Shown here piece after piece: positions 1-12,229 of a stretch of 64,000 nt of DNA. Source of the stretch: Eledone cirrhosa (taxonomy: Eukaryota); the NCBI GenBank assembly GCA_964016885.1, contig OZ024741.1:65844001-65908000 (forward strand). The letters are read 5' to 3'. The notes beneath the pieces were generated by a model. The model did not search any database and was not told where the DNA came from. It saw only the letters and a list, made by a program, of their open reading frames with translations. Numbering within the stretch: the first letter of the stretch is position 1; each line of letters begins with the position of its first letter. The position numbers and the translations under genes are program-made.

Positions 1-370
1 GTGCTCTGTAGTAAGGCTAGAGTAGAAGACACTGCCCAGTGTTCTGTAGTAAGGCTAGTGTAGAAGACACTGCCCACAGTGTTCTGTAGTAAGGCTAGTG
101 TAGAAGACACTGCCCACAGTGTTCTGTAGTAAGGCTAGTGTAGAAGACACTGCCCACAGTGTTCTGTAGTAAGGCTAGAGTAGAAGACACTGCCCACAGT
201 GTTCTGTAGTAAGGCTAGAGTAGAAGACACTGCCCACAGTGTTCTGTAGTAAGGCTAGAGTAGAAGACACTGCCAACAGTGTTTTGTAGTAAGGCTAGAG
301 TAGAAGACACTGCCCATGGTGTTCTGTAGTAAGGCTACAGTAGAAGACTCTTCTTGCCTATGGTGTTCTG
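1..370. repeat. 40-bp minisatellite (about 9 copies) expanded from inside a tRNA-SINE
   Basis: Unit gttctgtagtaaggctagagtagaagacactgcccacagt. The last unit runs into a SINE head in reverse orientation (cagtgggatagaatgcaaaacc...ttctttaccacacagtcacgcctgc, to ~440). Confidence 0.9.
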
Positions 371-864
371 CAGTGGGATAGAATGCAAAACCACATGATT
401 GCAAAACAAACTTCTTTACCACACAGTCACGCCTGCACCTATTATTATCATCAATTATTAATTTGCATATTAAATTTTGCCAGATAGAATATTAAAAAAT
501 AGAAAGGCAACAAGATAGAAAGATAACAAGAAAATGCCAGACATAACAATTACATTATAATATGAAACACTTTCCTACTTTAATGGAAATAGTGGTGAAT
601 GCAGGAGCAATTTATTTATTTCATGGCCAGAGGTGGAACCAACAGACTAAAAGCAATTGAAAATGGCTAATTCTATAGATAGCTTTTATCAGATGGATTT
701 TCCATTCTTATTAATAGCATGTTGAGAAATCTTTTATTAAGAATTCCCTATTTAGGAAAAAAAGTATTGGAAAAGCCAAAAACACAACTTTTTTGGTTTA
801 ACCTCAAACCAGCCTCCCAAGACACAATCACACACTTATCCCAATCTGGAAATAAGACAACCTA

Positions 865-1700
865 GCTGGCATTATATATTGTAAGCATAGGGTCGGACGC
901 CATGCTTTGACGCATAGAGTTACAGCCCCTGCCATTCTGAGTTCAAATCCCGCCACAGTTAACTTTGCCTTTCATCCTTACGTGGTCGATAAAATAAAGT
1001 ACCAGTCACACACTGGGGTCGATTTAATCGACTTTTCCCCTCCTCCTAAATTGCTGGCCTTGTGCCTATATAAGAAACCATTATATATTTTAATAATTGT
1101 TTCTACTTTTGGCACAAGGCCAGCAATTATTCAGTGTATTACTGGTACTTTATTTTATCAACCCTGTAAGGATAAAAGGCAAAGTTAACCTCGGCGGGAT
1201 TTGAACTTAGAATGGCAAAGGCCATAACTATGCTGGAAAGCATGGAGTCCGACCCTCTACCGATACTGCCAAATGGTTTCTTATATAGGCACAAGGCCAG
1301 CAATTTTAGGGAGGAGAAAGTCGATTAAATTGACCCCAGTGTGTGATTGGTACTTTATTTTATCGACCCCCGTAAAGATGAAAGGCAAAGTTAACCTCGA
1401 CGGGATTTGAACTCAGATCATAAAGGGCCGTAACTATGCTGCAAAGCATGGCGTCTGACCCTCTACCGATACTGCCAATCCACCGCCCTCATATATTTCA
1501 ATAATAATTGTTTCTACTTTTGGCACAAGGCCAGCAATTATCCAGTGTATTACTGGTACTTTATTTTATCGACCCCGTAAGGATGAAAGGCAAAGTCAAA
1601 GTCAACCTCGGTGGAATTTGAACTCAGTCCGTAAAGGGACGTAACTATGCTGCAAAGCATGGCGTCCGACCCTCTACCGATACTGCCAATTCACCGCCCA
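865..1700. mobile_element. Cluster of four tRNA-derived SINE family A copies (865-1082 +; 1093-1272, 1275-1490, 1503-1700 -)
   Basis: Shared A-box-like tggcagtatcggtag, B box gagttcaaatccc, core gcctttcatccttacggggtcgataaaataaagtaccagt and tail ttgctggccttgtgcc..agaaac(aat)n. Confidence 0.9.
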
Positions 1701-1711
1701 ATGTTATTATT

Positions 1712-1950
1712 TTAATAATAATGAAAATTATTGTGTACAGTGCTTAGGTGCACTACAACTCATCAAAGGTGCATCTATAGTGCATAGAATAACGTACAAG
1801 TGAACAGTGTATGAGTCATGATATACACACAGATGAAGGGGAAATATCAGGTGTAGTGTTGGCGAATTTCGGGAAGCATGGAAGTTTTGAAGGATGCATT
1901 GCCCAGACAGTTAACAACTGATGCAGGTTGTTTAGTATATGATTCAGCAA
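1712..1950 (-). mobile_element. 3' end of a CR1/L2-type LINE (5'-truncated)
   Basis: Translates as ...PASVVNCLGNASFKTSMLPEIRQHYT*. Near-identical copies at ~45565-45840 and ~58200-58475, the latter with HDFRKHFFMLRVAEAWN (the FFxxRVxxxWN motif of the CR1 C-terminus). Confidence 0.75.
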
Positions 1951-2521
1951 CTCTTTTACAAAGCATCACCCGCCTCCAGTACAAGAGACCCTGTACATCA
2001 TTGCTCAACCTGCTAAAATAGCAGCCAAATCCCACTCAACCAACATTATACATTTAAAAAAAAAAAAAAGGAAGAACATATAAGATAGTGTTATTCTGGA
2101 TACACTGTCTGAAAATAAGTTGGTATGGTCATGGCTGGAAAACCTTTGATCAGAACTGCCATTGGGCTAAGCAATAACAGCAGTAGCTGCCATGAGAATC
2201 TGTTATATATGAATTTTACATCCATATTTCTAAGTGCAACATAGACCATCAGAATACTCACTGACTTTTACCTTTTCCCCCTTTTGATACCAAACCACTT
2301 GAAACCACCTCTGCCAACCTCCCTACTGCTGGTGCCATTATAAAATGTGCTCGGTAAAGCATGGGAAAGGGTGTAAGCAATATGCAAACACCTATCCTGT
2401 ATAGGCACTTGGTAAAGCGTGGTAGCATATATAAGAGTATGTAGCCCCGCTTGAGTACTAATACGCTCTGTGACAAACTGCCCAATGTTAAATGATAGTG
2501 ATGATACTGCACTGTGAGTGC

Positions 2522-2722
2522 TTAACTGTTAACATCCTGAACTGCATGAAACTACACTAGCAAGATATTCTTAAAAAGTTCAAAACAGCACTATGACTGC
2601 ATCACATTAAGTCTTTACAAAGTCTACTGAAAATCTTCTCAATGATCTGTCTAGCGGAGAAGATACTATAAACATTTCATTTAGATTTCTTCTGCTAAGC
2701 ATTACAGGATATTGAGAGTTTA
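2522..2722. mobile_element. TTAA-bounded MITE (piggyBac-like termini)
   Basis: ttaactgttaacatcctg ... caggatattgagagtttaa. Same family as 61760-61970 and the array at 54800-55350. Confidence 0.6.
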
Positions 2723-3759
2723 AAATAGTTTCTAAGCATAAAATAATTCTATATTTTTCTCTATGGGGGAGGGGGGATTTCACCAGAATGTATCTGAATT
2801 TCTAACATGATAGTCAATGTGAAAATTAGTTTTGTGACATGGAATACCACATTAAAGCTAGAATTTTTGAAGTGAGATGCTTCTCTGATCCGTCATGTGG
2901 CGGGGAGGATGCCTGTAGTTTCACAATCCAAGGTTTTTCATTCCTATAACATTAAGTTAAACAATGGTCCTCTAGCAGGCAGTGGAAAGAAAAGTACTTG
3001 ATCTCATATCAAAGTCATTTAACCTGTTTGATACCAAATCACCAAGGGTTCTAGGAAACAAAACCACCCATATTCAAGAATTTCTATTAAACTTCAGCAT
3101 TTCAACCAGCTGTATCTGGCCAAAATTCTCTCACCCTTCTGTTCAAACAGGCCACTCATACCAACGTCAAGGTATTGTTCTCCAAATAAATAATAACTGT
3201 TTCTACTTTTGGCACAAGGCCAGCAATTATCGACCTCGTAAGGATGAAAGGCAAAGTTAACCTCAGCGGGATTTGAACTCAGACCGTAAAGGGACGTAAC
3301 TATGCTGGAAAGCATGGCGTCCGACTCTCTACCGATACTGCCAATCCTTCTCCAAATAAATAATAACAAAATCCCATAGATTCGATGTTATATGAGATAA
3401 TTATGTGAGATAAAGCCTTTATAGCGAAAATACAATAGTAAACATAGAGTAATGTAAATGCCAAAGGATTAAAGTTAAATAAAACTTAATGAAACAATAA
3501 TTTGAGAAAACCCCATGAAATTTTTCATTAATTAAGATATTGTATTTCATTAGAACTATGGTAATAAAAGGGTTAATTGTGTGATATATGAGGATATCCA
3601 GACCATGATGATTGCTAAACAGTCAACCTATATTAAACTCATTACACACAATATGTATATTAGCTCTCTACTTGGTCAATTAACATACTAGAAAGAGCAA
3701 CAAAATAACCTTGAAATCATACACTGCCATAGCCCTACATGCACATATACATGGTGCTT

Positions 3760-3985
3760 TTTGTCATGTCAGCAGCATGACCTCCTTACGGGGACTGGGC
3801 GCTCTTTTATCATGTCACCAGCATGACTACCATTACAGAGTGGGCTGGGCTCTTTCTGTCATGTCACCAGTGCGATCACCTTACAAGGTGGACTGGGCGC
3901 TTTTTGTCATGTCACCAGCATGACTACCATTACAGGGTGGACTGGGCGCTTTTTGCATGTCACCAGTACAACCTTACAAGGTGTA
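3760..3985. repeat. Short minisatellite, about 5 degenerate units
   Basis: Recurrent ggactgggcgctttttgtcatgtcaccagc plus ccttaca/ccattaca. Confidence 0.8.
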
Positions 3986-4009
3986 CTGAAAAAGCAGATC
4001 ACCAAATAA

Positions 4010-4150
4010 TAGATCAAGGAACTCTGTCAAAGGTCTTTTCTAGATCAACAAAAGCTAAATATAGCGGCTTATTCTTGGCTAGGACTTTTTCATGTAGTTG
4101 CCTCGCTAAAAAGAGGGTATCTGTAGTACTTTTCCAATGTATGAAATATA
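4010..4150 (-). mobile_element. RTE-clade LINE RT fragment
   Basis: STTDTLFLARQLHEKVLAKNKPLYLAFVDLEKTFDRVP matches the RTE RT motif xxRQLxEK...LYxAFVDLEKAFDRVP. Confidence 0.85.
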
Positions 4151-6299
4151 TTACTAGGCATATAAACCAAAGTTGACTTGAACGTCCATGGACACAGGGA
4201 AGAATGTTATCCGAGATAACTTTAAAAAAGACTGACGTGGCTTTAACTATAGGTTTTCTTAACCAGAACTGACATAGTGCTAAAGAACAATAGGGTGAAT
4301 ATTTTATGTTAATGTTTTCTTCTTTTTCTTTCGCTTTGACCATATATTTTGGTGCATTACATTTGTGAGATTCTTAACAATAATTACTTGTATTTATGTA
4401 TTTTTAAAAATATATACGACTCAGAACTCCGAGCATTTATTTCTTAACCTTTTTTCATCTATTTTATTGGTATCAAATATAAACCTAGCCAAAAGATGTG
4501 GACATGTGTGAAAGTGCATGTGAAAAGTGGAGCACCAGAAGACATCGGGAAAACTTATCTATCAAAACGTAACGGAAAAATACAAAAAAAAAAAAAAAAT
4601 GACCAAACAAGCGTACCTCTCAAAGGTCGCTTGTGTTGCTAGAAAGGACGGCCAAATCTTCCTCAGATAGCACCTCTGTATTAAAGGAAGGATACATTCA
4701 AATAATGTAGTCCTAGATACACTTTATCTGAAAATAATATTGCTGGAATTAATTGAGTCGTAGTAGGTCTATTATATCAGGGCAACCTGGAACTAAACAA
4801 GACATGCACTCATGCATACATAAATACGAGTGCGTGGCAGTACTCCAGACTATTAAGAATGTCAATGGTTATAAACCTACTAGAAAATACACTAATGTAA
4901 CCCTTTTAATATGAAATCGCTTTAAAACACCTTAGTTTTACGATATTAAGCTGTTTATTTTATTTATTTTAATATTTATCTAAAAACCTTCCATCATAAT
5001 TTTGTTTAATTGTTCCAAACACCAGCTTAAAGACAAAGAAACATTATTAAATCCTTTCAAATACTTGATTACTTTCAAAATTATTTTAAAATATTTTTCA
5101 CAAGAAACATGACAACGAAAGGGTTAACACAATAAAGTTTGTAATGATTTGGATATTTTCCCTCAGAATAAAAATGTACTCGCGCGCGCACACACACATC
5201 AAACTACACGCGTAGCATGATTGTGCAGTCTCCCGCGCGAATTCATAATTATGTCCTACCCAGAACCTCACACTACATTCTTAACAAGATAGAACTTGTA
5301 AAAATGGCTTCTGATTTAGGCACAAGTCCAAAGATTTGGTGGGGAATGGAAAGTCGATTACATCGATTCCAGTGTGTTACTGGTACCTTATTGTATTATA
5401 TAGCTTGTAATAATACCCCCCGCCAAAAAACCCCACACACATTCAGAAAGATAACAGACACGCAGACATTAAAATTCACTGAAACATACATTTACTTGAT
5501 AACAAAATTATCAATTTCTTGATACAACTTTCTCTTTCGTATTGGATATACATGTATATTGAACAACGGTTAAATAAGTACATACATGTATGAATGAAGA
5601 AGCTTCGTTAGGATTGCTGTAATGAAAACCCTCATACTCAATTTTTTACAATGCCAATGTCGTATTTAATCGATCCATTAAATTAATTAGGAGCAGAAAT
5701 ATAAAATCCAAGTATCCGCGAAACTTACATAAATTGGTTGATTTATATATCGAGTATGTAAAATTAAAAACAAAATATAAATAAATAATTTCCTTCGAAA
5801 TATTATGTATATACGCACAAGGCACACATACCTTGAATCGTGGACCTCTCAAACTGAATATCCACATATTTCGGACAAAAACATTTGGAAGGGTCGTCGT
5901 AAATTAATGAAAATTCTGAAGAAAAACTTTCAACAGAATTAGTTGTGTGGTCAGCCCTCTCTCTCTCTTCCCCCCCCACCCTCTATTTATTTCTGTCTCT
6001 CCTGCTATCTCTTTCTTTTGTTTGTTTTGCATCTGTCCCTCCTTCTGCTACTATCACAACGACCATATTTGCAATATTTATTATCAATACACGACCATAT
6101 ATAGCTTACTTTCACACTTAAGCTAGTCTGCTTAACTAACTGACCACCACTACTGCAAATAACAGGTAATAAACAAACAATCGCTAGCATTTATTTCATT
6201 GGATTTTTAAAGCAATTTCTGTTATCCTATCGTCTTATAGAAAGACACAAGGTAGATTATATTTGGAAAAAAAACTTTACGACTGAAGTCAATAGCGTG

Positions 6300-6720
6300 C
6301 ACCGAGGGGAGCGGAAGATGCGACGACTCGGGGCATCCATTAAAAATAACTGGGCTGAGGGAGGGTGCCTTAGTGCTGATGCCGCGAACATTGGAGTCCA
6401 TGGTGGAATCAATCAGTCTGTTGTGTTTAACGTCCACTAGGAGACCGAAATGGTGTAAAAAATCCGCTCCTAAGATCGGAGTCGGCAACTTGGCGATGAC
6501 AAAAACCCACTGGAAAACTCGGTGGAGCCCAAGATTAAGGGTTAAGGACTTTTCTCTACATGTGGGTATAGCAGAATGGTTCACTGCCTTGAGAAGGACT
6601 GTTGTGGGTTTCTTACTGCCTAACATCAGGGATGATTGTATAACGCTAACCTCAGCTCCGGTGTCCACCAGAAAACGAACACCGGTTGATCGGTCGCTAA
6701 TGTGGAACAAGCGGCTAGGT
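6300..6720 (-). pseudogene. Retropepsin (aspartic protease) region of Gypsy pol
   Basis: RFLVDTGAEVSVI (DTG active site) ... PILGADFLHHFGLLVD. Confidence 0.9.
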
Positions 6721-6789
6721 TTGGAAGAGCCAGATGTAGTTGCCGCCGTTACTGCCTTGCCACGTCGTTTCCCGGCACATAAGAGAAAC

Positions 6790-7581
6790 CCCTCCTAAAA
6801 GAACAGGGCAATAGGAATTTACGAGCCCTTTCGCCGAATTTGCGGTAGCAGTAGCACACGGGATCGGTCGCTGATTGGAAGTGCGTCGAATGGCGTTGCT
6901 GCGTGGTTGTAGCTACAGTTTAGCCATAAGAGCGTTCAGTTGCTCGGCCTGTTCTTCCACTCGAGCGCGGCCACCTCCAGAAGACGAGGAAGGAGAAGAA
7001 TTAGAAAATGAGGAAGAAAGAGGGGAAGAAAAAGAGCTTACTATGGGATGTGTGTGTGTGTGTCCTGGGTCATGAGTGACAATGGTGCTGCCACCTCCAT
7101 GATCCAATTGGCTGAATCCGCCAGCTCCTCGATTGGGGTGGATATTTCACTGGCCGCCAAAATACTGCGAGTGGCTGGTGGCAGCCTTTGTAAGAACAAC
7201 TGTTTTAAGATGGCCGGCTCCATGGTGTGTTCTCCCAATAGTTGCTTTAGGCGTCTTAGGAACTGTGACGGTTTCTTGTCGCCTAACTCCTCTGAATAAA
7301 GCAGCTGATTAATCCGTTGCTGCTGCGAGACGAATGTCCGCTTTATAAGCTCGGACCTAAATGTAACATAAGAATATGTGCCTGGTGGTGCTGTAAGCAA
7401 ATCCCGGATCTGCTGCAGCCCCAACAACATGGGAAATTTTAGAATTGTCTGCTGAAATATGGTGCGTCTCAAATTGGGCCTCGATGAATCTGAACCAAAT
7501 GATAGGATCATGAGGCCAGAATGTTGGTATCCGCAGGGATATTGCTGCTTGTACGGACGATGATGGTGGTGATTGTTCCAT
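6790..7581 (-). pseudogene. Frameshifted Gypsy gag
   Basis: LRIPTFWPHDPIIWFRFIEAQF in one frame, ELGDKKPSQFLRRLKQL...LFLQRLP in a second, and a degenerate Cys knuckle VCYCYRKFGERARKFLLPCSF at ~6860-6797. Confidence 0.88.
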
Positions 7582-7617
7582 ATTGTTGCGTGATAATCGT
7601 TGGTAATTATAGATGGT

Positions 7618-7655
7618 TCAGAAGGCTACGTGTTCGCATCATGTCGGGGTCACTA
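7618..7655 (-). promoter_or_regulatory. Primer-binding site complementary to the 3' end of tRNA-Trp (extended match)
   Basis: Minus strand reads TAGTGACCCCGACATGAT..., 2 nt from the LTR's terminal CA. The canonical Trp PBS is TGGTGACCCCGACGTGAT. Confidence 0.9.
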
Positions 7656-7657
7656 AT

Positions 7658-8026
7658 TGAAGCGAAGCAAAGTTAGTAGTTATCGTTAGAAGAAATAACA
7701 CGAATAGCTGGTTTACTTTTGATATAAAAATACTCCACTTCAGCCAAAAAGAACAACAAATAAGTTACCACGAGTCGCAAAGGTTGGCGATGTTATTTTG
7801 TTGTTGATATGAAAACAGCGAGTGACCAGACAATGTTTGTTGGTCGTTGCAGTCAGGTAGTAGTCCTCGTAGTGATTGACCCTTCCCTCTCCTGTTACCG
7901 GCTATTTATATCGCCATCTTCCTCTGTCCCCTGCCTCGAGAGATCGCCCACGCCAAAAGGGTGGTGACCTAGAATTTGACCTTTAAGTGTCATCCAGGGC
8001 TCGAGGTGTGGACAGATTTCGCTACA
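7658..8026 (-). repeat. 5' LTR (369 bp)
   Basis: Minus strand TGTAGCGAA...TTCGCTTCA (TG..CA termini, 8/9 inverted match), TATA-like tataaatag at ~7910-7902, abuts the PBS. Confidence 0.88.
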
Positions 8027-8084
8027 GGGGCATGTTGTGGCGGCATCCAGCCAGGTCACGCAGAGTTCTCCATTCAATCTGCTA

Positions 8085-8190
8085 CAGAGCACAGTGCCTA
8101 CTGGCCAACTTGGCTTTAATTAACATTGAAAAAGAATTCCTCAAAGTTGATGTAAAAAATGAAGTTGAAGTCTTTTGTTGTGTGACAAGC
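8085..8190 (+). mobile_element. Possible hAT transposase C-terminal remnant
   Basis: LANLALINIEKEFLKVDVKNEVEVF resembles the RLxxLALLxIE...D...F end of the hAT dimerization domain. Confidence 0.35.
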
Positions 8191-8902
8191 GATCTCATTT
8201 TCGGATTCAGACTTAATAAATGTGGTTAATTTTAAATTGATTTAATGAAATATTGTTTATTTCATGTTTCATCAGCTTTTACATATTTAAAATGCCCTCC
8301 TGCATCACATTTATCAGCACTAGACCTTATACCAGAGTTTTAGGAACATACAATGAAGGAGTTGACCCCGGGCATCATCAAAGCTCTGCATGCCCTTGGT
8401 TGGACCATGCGTTTGATCACAGGTCTGCTAAATCAGAGCAGGTGTGAAGCAAATGAAATAGAGCGCTACAAAACAGCAAATAAGCAACAAAAGGCGAGGT
8501 TGTGGTTGGTCATTAGCTTCGGTTTCATGGGCTGTGAAGTAAATGAAATACATTTCTCTCTCTCTCTGCTGAGGACACGGGTCTCTTGGAGGTAATAATA
8601 TTTACACTGGATCTACATTTTTCATCTTACAGTAAGATGAACTGATGCAATGTAGAAGTGATTATGAGCACTGCTAAAAATATATGAAAACAATGTCGAG
8701 AAATATATGAGATGACCCAGGAAAATAGTTCCCTTAACTCTTTGCGTCATATGGGCTACGTCTTGGACACAGGGGGGGGGGGGGGAGAACCCACCCATCG
8801 CTGGATATTGGTTCTTTATCGACCTTGAACTCAGAGTGCGATGAGCCAGAATAAATAGTGAAGCCATGTTAATAAGATATCTAGTTGAACTGTTACTACA
8901 GT

Positions 8903-9232
8903 AAAAGGGTAAAGACCCATACGATCACGAATGGCCATGGGTTTTGCACATAAAACTCCGAAGCACAAGTCCAGGCAATGTGTTTTTATGGAAGACTAGT
9001 AGTCGCTCGTGCATACCAGTCTCCACCGATGTCTCCCAAGGGAAAGGCAAAGGCCGATACAGCTTAGCATCAGAGACGTCATAATTCATTTCTACAGCTG
9101 AGTGAACTGAAGCAACATGAAATAAAGTGTCTTGCTCGAGGACACAACGCACCACCCGGTCCGAGAATCAAGCTCACAACCTCACAATGGCGAGCCCAAC
9201 GCCCTAAACCACTAAACTATACACCTTCACAT
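8903..9232 (-). mobile_element. tRNA-derived SINE family B
   Basis: Reverse complement of the copy at 34352-34690: tRNA-like head, gtcc/gttcttgagcaagacactttatttcac core, and catggccattcatga tail. Confidence 0.8.
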
Positions 9233-9977
9233 TACTACAATATTGCTCCAGTAATTGTTTTAAATAGACCCAAGAGGATGATATAACCAAGACACGATGG
9301 TTAAGTTTCACAGTGTTATTGTCCAACGCTACCTCCGGTCACTACTGGTCAAATAAGTTCCACCTTTTTGTATATCTCAACCGCCTTCAAAAATAAAAGG
9401 AAAGACATTGAATAATATAGTCTGAGATAAGCTTTATTTTCACTGTTTAGTCGGGGAGAGAATGGCAGTGTCCAAGACCCTTCTCAGGGCATCCGAGATG
9501 AGAGAGAGATTTTGTCTTACGAATGTCAATTAGCTAAGACCAGCTATGTATACAAAAAAAAAGGAAAGATAAAGGCTAAAATATTTTTGACTTAGGTCTG
9601 CTGGATCAGGGTTGATTTAATAGGGGTAATGAAACAAGGAAACATATATACGTGGTTGCTCGATTTGCTGGAAATAACAGCCAAATCTTCCAGTACCAAT
9701 TGGATACGTATAGCTGAAGAACAGAAAGAAAACGAAAAGACAGGACGATACAGCTCGAGTGTATTTTGATTAAGTTTGTTGAATCACAGCTGATCTAGAG
9801 CGAAACCACAATAGTAAGAAACTTTGTACAACCAGCTTAGTTCAGCAAGGAGATGGAGTAAGGTATGAGTAAGAATTGGTAATAGATAAGTAATAATTGC
9901 GTAAATAAACCAGATAAGTTGTTCATTTTCATACGGCCCTTAACTCCCGATGTAGCAATATGGGCGCCGTCGTAATA

Positions 9978-10146
9978 CAGATCTGCCAACCTCTAAAAAT
10001 CCCAAACGGAGAGTACTATGAAAAAGGTTCCCCAAAACGAGGAGAACTGAGGCAAAATGGGGAGATATTTACATAATGAAAACTATACCCATTTTCACAA
10101 GAGAAGACATCTCTCACCCGTCCGACGGTGAGAGTTGACAGGTCTG
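9978..10146. mobile_element. MITE with 16-bp imperfect TIRs and a 6-bp TSD
   Basis: gtaata|cagatctgccaacctct ... agagttgacaggtctg|gtaata. Confidence 0.75.
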
Positions 10147-11304
10147 GTAATATACGACATCTCTTGAGCAATTAAACCTTCTTCAAGTTGGAACACAGCC
10201 GATATCTTCCAAAGAAAAGAGGAAAAATTGACCTCAGCGTTGGACTGGTACTTTAACGATCTCGAAATAATGAAAATCAAAGTTGACCTCGGCTGGATTA
10301 TAATTCAGTGTGCAAAGAGCCGGAATGAACACTGCAAAGCATTTCGTCTGTTCTAGCAACTACTAATTCGCCGCTATACCCAGATAAGAAATACTTGCTT
10401 AAATAAACAAGAATTTACTTTGGCAAAGCTATTCATTATATCAAAACAATACTGTTTCTTCTATACAAGTAGCGAGCGTTATAAACACTCAATAGAACGT
10501 GTATGTATATACACACACACACACAAGCGTGTGTCGGTATGTGTTACTTTGGTTTATAGTTTATTTTGGATAACTGAAAATAAAATTAACGAGACAGGCG
10601 GAATCACCTGTTGGGGTTATTTGCAAATACGAAACACAAAGAAAGATAAACAAATCTTGATTCAAAATCTTACTGGGGAACACATTTTCTACCTAGCTGC
10701 CAGGAAAACGTACGAGATCACCTGGATATGTTAGCTATGACCAACTGGCATTTATATCCAAGTACAAAAAACGTACATCTCATCCACTTAATACTATCAA
10801 ACTAAAGCCAAACCAAGCACCAGCTTTTAAAAGCCATCTTCTCGTTCTGTCGGGAAGAGCGGGAGGCAGTGACAGTGGGAGTTTGGTTCCTTTGTGTCCG
10901 GACCTGGTGTATATGTATGTTTCAAGTTTTACTTGTACTGATATAAGACAACGATCACTAACTGCTATTATATACCCCTAGAAGACCAAAGAGACACATT
11001 TACGTTTTGCTCCCGATTCTTTCAGAAAGATATATTCTTTTAATGTTACAATATTAAAGAAAATGTAAAGGAAGGGGTGAACAACGGAGCCAACACCTGA
11101 GCAAAAGACAGCAACGTCGCGAGTACTGGGCAACCTCTCTAACGATTTTTGAGGCAAGCCATATGTCCTCATTATGTCAACAATTAAATTATATGAATAA
11201 ATATCGTTTTAAAATATTGCAAATAATATGATAATTATCAAATTGCCACATCTAAAGTGTCGTAACTGGCTGAATGTAGCAAGATTAAACGGCATATATA
11301 TCAC

Positions 11305-11473
11305 CAGTGCTGGATTTACCATTGTGCTAAAGTACATGACCCCGTTGGGCGGGGGGTGCATCTTCCTGCCGAAAAAAAATGTTTACGATGAATTTTTCAA
11401 ATGTTTTTCATTCATGTAAGGTACCTCATAACTTAACTAGCACAGGGCCTCATTTGTCCTAAATACGGCACTG
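11305..11473. mobile_element. hAT-type MITE (169 bp)
   Basis: TIRs cagtgctggattta / taaatacggcactg, with a perfect 8-bp TSD tatatcac at 11297-11304 and 11474-11481. Confidence 0.9.
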
Positions 11474-12229
11474 TATATCACGTCCCCGTAGAGCCTGCGA
11501 AAGCCATAGGCACAACTGAGAGACAGAAAGCTCTTAAGTCTTGATGGAATTGTATATGCGTCGTCCTGACACATCATGGTATGGCTTGGGCATTTAAAAC
11601 CCGGTAGAGCCCACTCTGCTCCAGGTCGGAATACAGCCGATTTCTTCTAGAGAGAAATATACGATGTCAGTACTGAACTAGTACTTTATTTATCAAACAG
11701 ATGAAAGGCAAAATTAATTTCTGTGGGATTACAACAGTGAGCCGGAAGAAATACCGGTCTATTTTTCATCAGCCGCCTTAACGACTCTGTGAATTGGTCA
11801 CCTTCTTACTTCAGACAAAACTAAGAAATCATCTCTGTGTGTTAGGATGCCCTTGTCTACATGCGTGAGTGGCTACTTGAGTATGCACGTGTCCATAAGT
11901 GAATGTTTACTCGAGGTCCTGTGAACCAATATGATAAACGAGGGACACTCACTTATACATGAAGTAGCACCACTTCAAAGAATACATCGTACAAGGAGCC
12001 AAGGAAGGTGATGCTAAGTGGTCGTTCAACCTGCTAGAAATAACAGCCAAATTTCTCTCAAATCATACCCAAAGGTGTTTTACAAAAAGAAAAGATCCAT
12101 TAGCTAATGTATTCACAGATATTCTGAAAAAGATAGTTATGGACAGGCCTGAGCAAAATTGGTAATAGGATGGCTCCCATTTCACATTGCTCAATACGTA
12201 CAGTATTTGAGTAACCAGTGCTAAATACA

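Larger units (their letters stand above)
6280..8026 (-). mobile_element. Decayed Ty3/Gypsy LTR retrotransposon: 5' LTR, PBS, gag and protease; RT/RNase H/integrase and 3' LTR missing
   Basis: LTR 7658-8026, PBS 7638-7655, gag from ATG 7581, protease FLVDTGAEVS. The sequence reverts to unrelated AT-rich DNA near 6280. Confidence 0.92.

Noticed and set aside
865-1082. tRNA genes in SINE heads
   Set aside because: A and B boxes are present but there is no cloverleaf, and they continue into a multi-copy core and tail.
6373-7299. Plus-strand ORFs over the Gypsy element, and antisense ORFs within the CR1 LINE
   Set aside because: These are antisense shadows of GC-richer retroelement coding sequence.
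7618-7655. tRNA-Trp gene
   Set aside because: Only the 3' half is present, it includes a CCA-equivalent end, and it abuts an LTR. It is a PBS.
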